Source: Celeribacter sp.
GTDB taxonomy: Bacteria > Pseudomonadota > Alphaproteobacteria > Rhodobacterales > Rhodobacteraceae
Assembly (NCBI RefSeq): GCF_048266405.1
Contig: NZ_JBLWZO010000003.1
Coordinates: 202,016-266,015, forward strand
Reading direction: 5' to 3'
DNA length: 64,000 nucleotides
Program-made: the position numbers and the translations under genes
The notes under the pieces: model-generated
The model's input: the letters and a program-made list of their open reading frames with translations, nothing else
Database searches by the model: none
What the model was told of the DNA's origin: nothing
Shown here: piece after piece, positions 9,031 through 17,508 of the stretch
How the letters are laid out: each line of letters begins with the position of its first letter
Numbering within the stretch: the stretch's first letter is position 1

Positions 9031-9425
9031 TGACGTTCCAGGCACCGAATATCACCCGCGGCGGCCGTAATAGCACCGTCATGCCATTGGCGACGCTCCA
9101 CGCACGTCTACAAGATGAGATGCTAGCCCTCACGATGTTGGCCGCCGAAGTTCAAATCGCTCTCGGTGCCACCCTGAAAAACGTGCAAAACCTGTCTCCG
9201 TCGGTGCAGCGCAGTATGCAGGCCATCGACCGCCTCCAACAAACGCTCGAAGATCTCCAAAGTGTCATGGCGCAACTCTCTATCCAAAACGGAAGCTCCA
9301 CCATCGACATTACGCCGATAAAAGACAGCATTCAGTTACGCCATCTGGCCCATAAGCTTTTTGACGACATCGACACCCCATTTACCCTCAGCGAAGAGGA
9401 GTCCGGAACTGTATCATGGTTCTAA
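9030..9425 (+). CDS. Hypothetical helical protein, translationally coupled to the second cheY
   Basis: ATG overlaps the cheY TAA (TAATG). 131 aa with amphipathic helix-like stretches and an acidic C-terminal tail ending SEEESGTVSWF. I recognise no family. Confidence 0.6.
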   Translation: MTFQAPNITRGGRNSTVMPLATLHARLQDEMLALTMLAAEVQIALGATLKNVQNLSPSVQRSMQAIDRLQQTLEDLQSVMAQLSIQNGSSTIDITPIKDSIQLRHLAHKLFDDIDTPFTLSEEESGTVSWF

Positions 9426-9610
9426 CCTGATCAGACCCAATTGCGCCGATGGCGCGGGTCCCGACACCAAACCCACACAACAGATTAGAAATACCCACCT
9501 GCCGTTTATAAAACGTGCAGGTCTTTTGCTATGTGAATGCACCCGGCTCACGGGACGTCGCGTGCATATCCCATTGCAAGGTCATCCTATCCGTTGCCAG
9601 CCGAACAAAA

Positions 9611-9632
9611 CCCACTCTCGGGCGAGAGCGGG
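9611..9632. terminator. Hairpin between the two convergent che operons
   Basis: CCCACTCTCG-GG-CGAGAGCGGG inverted repeat, 10 nt from the cheD stop. There is no strong U-tract on either side. Confidence 0.4.
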
Positions 9633-9641
9633 TCATGCAAT

Positions 9642-10175
9642 TTAAAAGAGTTCTATATCGCTCGACGGTGGTGGCGGAGGTGCGACCTCCTTGAGGTTAT
9701 GATCCGTCACAAGTTTCTGGCGGGCATTGCCCGATACGGGTTCAAACTCGATGCGCCGCGCACTTGTTCCTCCCAAACTCTGGCTGATGCAGGGAATGCC
9801 TTCTTTCGAAAGATAGTCCAACACAAATTGCCCGTTATCCCGCCCCACTGAGGTGAGCCCCTGGCGGAGAGCCGCTCCACCAAAGACTTTGGCCTGGAGC
9901 TTTTTTCGACAGGCCCCTTTCTGGATCAGACCATTGATGAGCAATTCCATCGCGTTCGCCCCAAAGGAATCCGTTCCTCCCTGCCCTATGGCACCCTCAG
10001 GCAAAAGGAAGTGGTTCATACCGCCAATCCCTTCCTCAGCATCCCAAAGGCAGGTCGCAACACAGGAGCCCAAAATGGTGGAAATAACCGCATCACATTC
10101 CGACGACACGGCATACTCGCCTTGCGTGATATAGGTGTTCTTGGACGATTTGGGCGAAATCTCTGCATGAATCAT
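9642..10175 (-). CDS. cheD: Chemoreceptor glutamine deamidase CheD
   Basis: 177 aa with motifs ILGSCVATCLWD (catalytic Cys context) and GMNHFLLP. Confidence 0.9.
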   Translation of the reverse strand: MIHAEISPKSSKNTYITQGEYAVSSECDAVISTILGSCVATCLWDAEEGIGGMNHFLLPEGAIGQGGTDSFGANAMELLINGLIQKGACRKKLQAKVFGGAALRQGLTSVGRDNGQFVLDYLSKEGIPCISQSLGGTSARRIEFEPVSGNARQKLVTDHNLKEVAPPPPPSSDIELF

Positions 10176-11263
10176 TATATTTTTGCTCCAACTGGCACTT
10201 CTGCTGCCTCCAACAGCGCTTCTCCAAAGTCATCGACATGAACCCAATCATCAACCCCGCTCAATTCTCCCGCGACACGGGGCATGCCGAAGACAACACA
10301 ACTGTCTTGAGATTGGGCAAGCGTGATGGCCCCTCTGGCGCGCAGTTCAGCCATCCCCTCGGCACCATCACGGCCCATACCGGTCATAATGCCTGCCACG
10401 ATTTGATCACTCATATGGAGCGCCGAATAGAACATCGAGTCCACAGATGGAGTATGCCCCGACACATCCGGCCCCTTGAGAAGAGAAACACAACGCGTTT
10501 GGCCTTGTTCGATATTGAGGTGGCAATCTCCACCCGGGGCCAGCAAAACCTCCCCCCGGCGCAATTCGTCACCATCGCGGGCCAACCGCACGGTCGGTGC
10601 AATGATATTGTTTAACCGCGCTGCAAAGCTGCTCAGGAACGGCGCAGGCATATGCTGCGTGATCAGGGTTGGCGGACAATCCGCAGGAAAATGCCGCAAG
10701 ATTTTCTCAATGACCTCCACCGCCCCCGTAGAGCCACCCAACAGGCAAATCCGACGGAAATTCCGACCGCTTATTCTATTTGGCACCACGGGCGATATTG
10801 AAGTCGGTACAGTTACCTGCGCCGAGGCGGCCGCGACGAGGATGTCGGCAAGGCCTGCGAATGGCGGGCTTCTTTGCCCGATGGTAGGCTTTGCAACGCA
10901 CTCCAACGCCCCCTTCGCCAAAGCGGCAACCGCGGTTTCACTCCCTGCCGTCGTGAGAGTAGACACCATCACGACGGGCATAGGGCGATGACGCATCAAC
11001 CGATCGAGAAACTCAAGCCCCGACATTGATGGCATTTCCACATCCAATGTCATCACATCTGGGCAGTGCTCATTCACGGCATCGCGGGCTTCGCGCGCAG
11101 TTTCTGCCTCGGCCACAACCTTGATACGTGGGTCACGCTCCAGAACCGTCCGGATCAATCCTCGCATTGTCCGCGAGTCGTCCACGATGAGCGTTCGAAC
11201 AGGAGCGGCAGGTTTTTCCACCTTCGATGCTCTAAATACCTTATCAAGAGAACTCACAGTCAC
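10175..11263 (-). CDS. cheB: Chemotaxis methylesterase CheB
   Basis: N-terminal receiver (IVDDS ... MTLDVEMPSMSG) plus a C-terminal methylesterase domain (LLGGSTGA, GMGRDGAEG). GTG start. Its stop overlaps the cheD start by 1 nt. Confidence 0.93.
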   Translation of the reverse strand: MTVSSLDKVFRASKVEKPAAPVRTLIVDDSRTMRGLIRTVLERDPRIKVVAEAETAREARDAVNEHCPDVMTLDVEMPSMSGLEFLDRLMRHRPMPVVMVSTLTTAGSETAVAALAKGALECVAKPTIGQRSPPFAGLADILVAAASAQVTVPTSISPVVPNRISGRNFRRICLLGGSTGAVEVIEKILRHFPADCPPTLITQHMPAPFLSSFAARLNNIIAPTVRLARDGDELRRGEVLLAPGGDCHLNIEQGQTRCVSLLKGPDVSGHTPSVDSMFYSALHMSDQIVAGIMTGMGRDGAEGMAELRARGAITLAQSQDSCVVFGMPRVAGELSGVDDWVHVDDFGEALLEAAEVPVGAKI

Positions 11264-11278
11264 ACGACCTTTCGGTGA

Positions 11279-14200
11279 TTAAAAATCTTCCCAACCATCA
11301 TTTGCTGGCGCCGTTGGCGTTGGGTCCATCGCGGATTGATTGACTGCGATTTTCTCATCTTGCGCAGTTGAATCGGGATCCTCGTCCCCCTGAACTGGCG
11401 CGGTTACGGCGGGTGGCATGTTGACGATCTTTGCCTCCGATGCCTCACGAGCTACGGCACCAATCGAAAACCGCGAGGTTGTTGCATTGAGGTTTTCGGC
11501 TTCGCGCGTCAAAGAATGCGACGCAGCCGTGGTCTGTTCAAACATGGCGGCGTTTTGTTGCGTCACCTGATCGAGTTGATTGACCGCCTCATTAATCTCG
11601 GCCAGGCCCGATGATTGTTCGCGGGCGGACAGAGCGATTTCGCTTACATTATGCGCGATCTCCGTCACAGATTGCACGATGCCGCGCAGCGCCTCGCCCG
11701 TCTCACCAACCAGACTCACGCCCCGTTTCACATGGGCGCCCGATTTCGAAATCAAATCGTTGATTTCCCGTGCTGCTTCCGAGGAACGCTGTGCCAAGGC
11801 ACGCACTTCCGAGGCCACGACAGCGAACCCGCGTCCTGCCTCGCCGGCCCGTGCCGCCTCAACACCCGCGTTGAGAGCGAGCAAATTGGTCTGGAAGGCA
11901 ATGTCGTCAATCACGGAAATGATTTTCGAGATCTGGTTGGAAGAGCTTTCAATTTCGCTCATTGCATCCACGGCATGCTGAACCACCTCACCCGAGGCTT
12001 CGGCATTGGATTTCGCCGTTTCCACCATTTGGCTGGCTTGGTTGGCTCCTTCAGAGGCCGAGCGCACAGAGGAGGTCAACTCGTCAAGTGCTGTGGCTGT
12101 TTCCTCAAGTGTTGCCGCCTGTTTCTCGGTCCGACGCGACAGATCATCGGCTGCGCTTGAAATTTCAGACGCTTCGCCACGGATCATATCCGCATTCTCG
12201 ACAACGTTTGACATTGCTTCGAGCAGGTTGTCCACGGCTGTATTGTAATCGGATCGCAGCGTTTCGTATTCCGCTCCGAACTCCTGCTCGAGACGCGCTG
12301 TCAAATCCCCCTCTGCGAGTTTTTTCAAACTGACGCGAAGACCATCAACGACTTGATCCTGTTCTCTTTTCATTGCTTTCTGACGCGCATCGGCTTCGGC
12401 GAGAAGCAGTTGGTTTTCGGTGATATCGGACCCCAAAAGGATCACGCGGAACACGTTGCCCTCGCCATCTTTCACGGGGCTGAACGTCCCTTCAATGATA
12501 GAGATTTGGCCATTGGCCCCGGTAAGGTTAAACCGCCCGAAGATACTCTCGCCGTCGATCAGGCGCTCCCATACCGAGCCCTCATCACTGCTGGCTTGCT
12601 CGTCCCAGTTGAAGAATTCATCCTGTGCCCTTCCGATCAGCTCCGCTTTCTCTTGGCCGAGCATGTTGGCAAAGAGATCATTGGCGTCACGGATTTGCCC
12701 ATTCGGGTTAAACTCTACCTTGGCTTGGGTTTCGTTGAGCGTTCTGATCACGGCTTCGCTCGTGCGGATGTCGGTGACGTCTTTCCACTCCATGACACAG
12801 CCGATTGGTGTGCCTTCGGTATCGACCACGGAATTCACATCCAGAGAAAAATACACTTCTCCCATCTTCATATCCAAGGAGAATGGCATCTTGCTGGGAT
12901 CAGCCAACATCTTGCGGACATATTCAGGTTCATCATGGAATGCGTCGATATTCTTGCCAACCAATGTGTCAGCATCAAAATCCGTGAACCGCGTTTGGAA
13001 CGCGGCCGCATGATGCCGCATCAAGGTGAGAGCCGCTTCGTTCATATAGGTGACGTTGACGTCTTGATCGGTCATCATCAGCGCAGCAGAGGAGCCTTCA
13101 AAGGCCGACCCTTTGAATAACGCGTCGCGCGTAGCGTGTTCCGCCCGCCCCAAAGCATCGCGGAAATCATCCAGAGTTGCAGCGATTCCACCGATTTCAT
13201 CACCTCGATCCGTCTCAGGGATGACGACGTTATAGTCCCCTTCCGACACGCTGCGCATTGCGGATTCGACATTGGTCAGAGGTCGCGAAACAGCTCGGGA
13301 AATCAACAGAGAGATGACACCGACAACGGCGATCATCACCGCACCCTGCCATAACATGGTTGCCCCAAGTTCCTTGGCGGGTGTCAGAATTTCCTCAATG
13401 CTCTGTTCGACAATGAGGCCCATTTTAACGCCATGATATTCGACAGGGACATAGGCCGCGAGGTGTTCATGGGAAAAACCCGTTTCTTCATGTACCTCAA
13501 CTTCACGCAACAGACCTGTCTGGCCTTTGAGAGCGTTTTTAGCGGACTGGGTTGTCACCGACACCACAAGAACGTCATTTCCATCGCCAAGACGTGGATC
13601 GGAGCGCAGCAAATGATCTTCGCCAACGATATAGGCATCGCCCGTCTCGCCCAGCCCCGTGCTGCGTTGCATCACACTGTCGAGGCGGTTTGCAGGGAGT
13701 TGAAACGCAATGACACCACGCACTTCCCCTCGACGGTCCACCACAGGAGAGGAAACAAAGGACACCGGCGCGCCGTTAGAAGGGTCATAATTCTGGAAAT
13801 CGGAGAAGAAAATTCCAGGTGTTTCAGCATTAAGCGCGTGGCTGACCGCGCGGCCCAGCCCTGTGTCCGCGAATGGCCCCTCAACAAAGTTGGTCGCAAA
13901 ATCGCGTTCTTTAACAACCGAATAAATCAAATCCCCCAAAAGATCGAACACGAAGACATCATAGTACCCCTTTTCCTCCACAAGTTTGCGGAAATACGGG
14001 TGGTAGAGCTTATGCACCTGACTGTAGGAGCTACCGTCCTCGGCGAGATCAAGAGCTTGCTTCTCCCCGGCAGGATTGGGGTTTTCATCAATGTACCACT
14101 TGTGCAGATACTCCGTCGCATCCCCGTTAATCGACCGCCATGCCTCGTCAAACCCGCGAATGGCTGACAAAACAGTGGGGTTTGAGGCCTGCGAGCGCAG

Positions 14201-14407
14201 ATCAATATCAATACCGTTGAACCAGCTTTGCAATTCCAGAGACCGCGCCTCTGAAACGGTTTGAAGCATATCTTCGGCTTCAACCAACAACGACGCAGAC
14301 GCGCGTTTGTACGACACGTAGGTGGCAATGGTGATGGTCATCACCGACAATGCGATCATGATCACAGGGAGTTTAACGGCCAGTTTGATACTATTAATGA
14401 ACTTCAT
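11279..14407 (-). CDS. Methyl-accepting chemotaxis protein: Cache-like periplasmic domain, HAMP, two PAS domains and an MCP signalling domain
   Basis: 1042 aa with two TM segments flanking a periplasmic region of about 310 aa. Highly conserved signalling hairpin [40 protein letters not shown]. The C-terminus ends in DGWEDF. Confidence 0.95.
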   Translation of the reverse strand: MKFINSIKLAVKLPVIMIALSVMTITIATYVSYKRASASLLVEAEDMLQTVSEARSLELQSWFNGIDIDLRSQASNPTVLSAIRGFDEAWRSINGDATEYLHKWYIDENPNPAGEKQALDLAEDGSSYSQVHKLYHPYFRKLVEEKGYYDVFVFDLLGDLIYSVVKERDFATNFVEGPFADTGLGRAVSHALNAETPGIFFSDFQNYDPSNGAPVSFVSSPVVDRRGEVRGVIAFQLPANRLDSVMQRSTGLGETGDAYIVGEDHLLRSDPRLGDGNDVLVVSVTTQSAKNALKGQTGLLREVEVHEETGFSHEHLAAYVPVEYHGVKMGLIVEQSIEEILTPAKELGATMLWQGAVMIAVVGVISLLISRAVSRPLTNVESAMRSVSEGDYNVVIPETDRGDEIGGIAATLDDFRDALGRAEHATRDALFKGSAFEGSSAALMMTDQDVNVTYMNEAALTLMRHHAAAFQTRFTDFDADTLVGKNIDAFHDEPEYVRKMLADPSKMPFSLDMKMGEVYFSLDVNSVVDTEGTPIGCVMEWKDVTDIRTSEAVIRTLNETQAKVEFNPNGQIRDANDLFANMLGQEKAELIGRAQDEFFNWDEQASSDEGSVWERLIDGESIFGRFNLTGANGQISIIEGTFSPVKDGEGNVFRVILLGSDITENQLLLAEADARQKAMKREQDQVVDGLRVSLKKLAEGDLTARLEQEFGAEYETLRSDYNTAVDNLLEAMSNVVENADMIRGEASEISSAADDLSRRTEKQAATLEETATALDELTSSVRSASEGANQASQMVETAKSNAEASGEVVQHAVDAMSEIESSSNQISKIISVIDDIAFQTNLLALNAGVEAARAGEAGRGFAVVASEVRALAQRSSEAAREINDLISKSGAHVKRGVSLVGETGEALRGIVQSVTEIAHNVSEIALSAREQSSGLAEINEAVNQLDQVTQQNAAMFEQTTAASHSLTREAENLNATTSRFSIGAVAREASEAKIVNMPPAVTAPVQGDEDPDSTAQDEKIAVNQSAMDPTPTAPANDGWEDF

Positions 14408-14617
14408 TTCTTATCTCCTCGCGACAGCCCGTGACCATGACACGGAGCAGCGCCTAACCAATCGGCGGATGAGCTTAGACAGCTCGACCTGAACCGAGAC
14501 ATGACGCGAAGGAATGAAGATTCGTTTAAGTGCAGTGCACCGTTGTGGTGACTTTGGGGAAAATTCGCAAAAAAATCGTCAGACCGCTTTGATTGAAAGG
14601 GGTGAGTAACCAAACAT

Positions 14618-14641
14618 GGGGCGGCACATATGAAACGCCCC
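14618..14641 (-). terminator. Candidate terminator after the aldehyde dehydrogenase gene
   Basis: GGGGCG / CGCCCC stem with a 12-nt loop. On the minus strand it is followed by ATGTTTGGTT. Confidence 0.45.
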
Positions 14642-14713
14642 CACACAGACACACTGTGCAGGGGCAAATTCGGATTATGGACTGTAATTGCGTTTGACGC
14701 GGAAAATGACGCG

Positions 14714-16237
14714 TTACGCGAGGTCGGCTGGCAAAACGCTTTCAGGGATGTTCTGATAGCTCACAGGGCGCAAGAAGCGACGAATGGACAATGTCCCCAC
14801 GGAGGTCGCGCCAAAGTTGGTCGAGGCAGGGTAAGGCCCGCCATGCACCATCGCGTCACACACTTCCACACCAGTTGGGAAGCCATTGGCGAGCACGCGA
14901 CCCGCTTTGCGCTCCAAGATCGGCAGAAGCGTTTTGGCTGCATCCGCATCGCCATCGTCAAGGTGGATCGTGCAGGTCAGCTGACCCTGCAACGCCTTGG
15001 CAAGGCTGCGCATTTCATCCATGTCAGCAACACGCACGATCAGACCGAGCGGGCCAAAGACCTCTTCGCCCAAAATCTCGTTGTCGAGCCATTCCTTGCC
15101 CGTGGTCGCAAACAGATACGGCGTCGCATTGCGCAGATCACAGGTCGAGGTCAGCAATTCCTGAACCCCCGCCGTGGCCGCGATTTTGTCGCGACCGGAG
15201 CGATAGGCCTGCGCAATACCATCGGTCAGCATGACCTGTGCGCCCATCGGCGCAAGCGCCGCGGTTGCAGCCTCTGTAAAGGCATCGGCGTCAGGTCCGT
15301 CGATCACGACCGAGATCCCTGGATTGGTGCAAAACTGACCCGCGCCCATTGTGAGCGAGCCCGCCCACCCTTCGGCAATGTCTGTGCCACGGTTCTTGAG
15401 CGCTTCGGGCAGGAAGAACATCGGGTTGACCGACCCGAGTTCGCCAAAGAAGGGGATCGGCTCGGGGCGCTGTGCGCACAGATCGAACAGCGCACGACCG
15501 CCACCCAATGAGCCTGTAAAGCCCACGGCCTTAATCAACGGGTGCTGCACCAAGGACGCACCAACTTCACGTGTGCCGCCTTGGATCAACGAGAAAACAC
15601 CCGCATGAAGGCCGCAAGATTTAATAGCCGCATCAATGGCTTCAGCGATAATTTCGCCCGTACCAGGGTGCGCGGAATGGCCTTTGACCACAACGGGACA
15701 GCCCGCAGCCAAAGCCGCCGCTGTGTCGCCGCCTGCGGTGGAAAAGGCGAGCGGGAAGTTAGACGCGCCGAACACCGCCACAGGGCCGATAGGACGCTGC
15801 ATCATGCGAATGTCGGGACGTGGCAGTGGCGCACGATCAGGCAGAGCTCTGTCATAGCGACGGTCAAGGTAATCGCCCGACAGGATATGGGTCGCAAACA
15901 GGCGCAACTGGCCCGTGGTGCGGCCACGCTCGCCCTGAAGTCGGGCTTCCGGCAGGCCTGTTTCTTGACTGCCGATCTGTGTGATGGCCTCGGCGCGGGC
16001 CTCAATCTCATCGGCAATCGCGTTCAAAAATGCGGCACGCTCTTCGCGGGTTGAATAGCCAAAAGACCAAAAGGCCTCCTCAGCGGCGCGAGCGGCCTGA
16101 TCGACAAGCGCAGGTGTCCCAACTGAAAACGGATGCGCCGTCCCCGTTGCAGGCTCCGACATAAACGTCGCCTCGGTGCCAATCCAGTCGCCAGCAATCA
16201 AATGCTTGCCGTGGGGGGTGAAGGTGTCAGTCGTCAT
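14714..16237 (-). CDS. NAD(P)-dependent aldehyde dehydrogenase, 2,5-dioxovalerate (alpha-ketoglutarate semialdehyde) dehydrogenase-like
   Basis: 507 aa with ALDH catalytic motifs ELGSVNP and GAGQFCTNPG. The N-terminal region is typical of the KGSADH subgroup. Confidence 0.85.
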   Translation of the reverse strand: MTTDTFTPHGKHLIAGDWIGTEATFMSEPATGTAHPFSVGTPALVDQAARAAEEAFWSFGYSTREERAAFLNAIADEIEARAEAITQIGSQETGLPEARLQGERGRTTGQLRLFATHILSGDYLDRRYDRALPDRAPLPRPDIRMMQRPIGPVAVFGASNFPLAFSTAGGDTAAALAAGCPVVVKGHSAHPGTGEIIAEAIDAAIKSCGLHAGVFSLIQGGTREVGASLVQHPLIKAVGFTGSLGGGRALFDLCAQRPEPIPFFGELGSVNPMFFLPEALKNRGTDIAEGWAGSLTMGAGQFCTNPGISVVIDGPDADAFTEAATAALAPMGAQVMLTDGIAQAYRSGRDKIAATAGVQELLTSTCDLRNATPYLFATTGKEWLDNEILGEEVFGPLGLIVRVADMDEMRSLAKALQGQLTCTIHLDDGDADAAKTLLPILERKAGRVLANGFPTGVEVCDAMVHGGPYPASTNFGATSVGTLSIRRFLRPVSYQNIPESVLPADLA

Positions 16238-16479
16238 CGGAAATCTCCAGTCTATTTGCGCAAAGTCGGCTTGGCGGAAGAAAAGACATGTTTACCTCGC
16301 TCCGTCAACGCGTGAACGCAATATGGGGTTATAGCCAAATTGTTATCCCACTTCACCGCCATATAACATCCGATATAGCGCACCCCCCTTGCGGAAAATG
16401 GAACAGCGGGCATAGTCCCCCTATGATGCGCCACGGCCCGCCCGCGCCGGCCATTGATTAGGACAACAAGGACGCCCAC

Positions 16480-17508
16480 ATGCACGCGCTTACGATTGCC
16501 CCGTTTACGGTGCCCGAACACTGGCTCATCACGCCCGCGTCGCATTTTGTGGATCGCTTTGTACCAGACTGCGAACAAATCCTTCTGCCCGCCAAACAGG
16601 TTGAGGGCGGTACGCTAACCCTATCGCGCGGCCCCCTGCCCGCACCAGTGCCGGCCAGTCGCACGGCACGGCTGCTCAAACGAGCAAAATCCGAACCCGC
16701 TCCCAAGGGCGACGTGATCGACCTGCGCCGTGACGCACCGCAAAACTGGGCGCATTTTCTCAACAACCATCTGCCGTTAATCTTCAAAATCTGTGAACTC
16801 ATGGAGATCGACCCTGCGGAGGTCACGCTTTTGGTACCCCAAAACACCCCTGCCTACATCAAGGCAGCAGCGGACCTGTTGGGGATCACGCTTCTGGCCA
16901 GCGACGCGCATTTTCAGGGCGAAGGTCTGTTGTATGATCTGACGCCGTGGACAGGTCTGCGCCCCGAGCGCCACCTGTGGGTCGACAGCGATGTGGTGCG
17001 CAACCGCACCCGCACCGTGGCCCGCAACACGCGGCCCGATGGCATACTTCTACCGCAAAAAGCGTTTCTGTCGCGCAGAGACACACGCACCTTGGAAAAC
17101 GAAACGGAAGTGTCGGATTGGCTGCGCACGAAAGGCTTTGTAAAGCTCTACGTCGAAGACCTCAGTGCCGCCGACCAGTTCCGCCTGTTCAATACAGCCC
17201 ATGAGATCGTGGCCATTCACGGCGCGAGCCTCGCCCCCTTGCTCTACACCCACGCCAATACCCGCCCCAAGCGGCTGATCGAGCTGATGCCCTGCGGCCA
17301 TATGACGGACGTCTACCGCGTGATGGCGGCGCAACTGGGGATCGGCTGGACAGGAGTGCGCGGGCGGATCAAGCCCAATTACGTCACCCCCGCCTATGAC
17401 CTGTCACAACCGTTCCTGTCACAATCTCTCGACAGCTTTAGCATTGATATTGCCGCGCTCAGCCGCGCCTTTGACCTCGCCCCTGCGCTTACAGATCGCG
17501 CCAGATAA
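16480..17508 (+). CDS. Glycosyltransferase family 61 / DUF563-like protein
   Basis: The C-terminal half matches the DUF563 pattern: LSRRDTRTLENETEVSDWLRTKGFVKLYVEDLSAADQFRLFNTAHEIVAIHGASLAPLLY. Assignment by eye only. Confidence 0.6.
   Translation: MHALTIAPFTVPEHWLITPASHFVDRFVPDCEQILLPAKQVEGGTLTLSRGPLPAPVPASRTARLLKRAKSEPAPKGDVIDLRRDAPQNWAHFLNNHLPLIFKICELMEIDPAEVTLLVPQNTPAYIKAAADLLGITLLASDAHFQGEGLLYDLTPWTGLRPERHLWVDSDVVRNRTRTVARNTRPDGILLPQKAFLSRRDTRTLENETEVSDWLRTKGFVKLYVEDLSAADQFRLFNTAHEIVAIHGASLAPLLYTHANTRPKRLIELMPCGHMTDVYRVMAAQLGIGWTGVRGRIKPNYVTPAYDLSQPFLSQSLDSFSIDIAALSRAFDLAPALTDRAR

Noticed and set aside
14404-14667. 87-aa ORF whose TGA overlaps the MCP start codon (ATGA), suggesting a coupled upstream gene
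   Set aside because: The product is Cys/His/Ser-rich with poor coding character. The apparent coupling arises because the MCP RBS (GGAGATAAGAA) lies in that frame. The region also holds the aldehyde-dehydrogenase terminator hairpin.
16255-16264. 10-bp palindrome TTTGCGCAAA immediately upstream of the aldehyde dehydrogenase RBS
   Set aside because: It is short enough to occur by chance in a 240-bp spacer. There is no second copy and no adjacent regulator to link it to.
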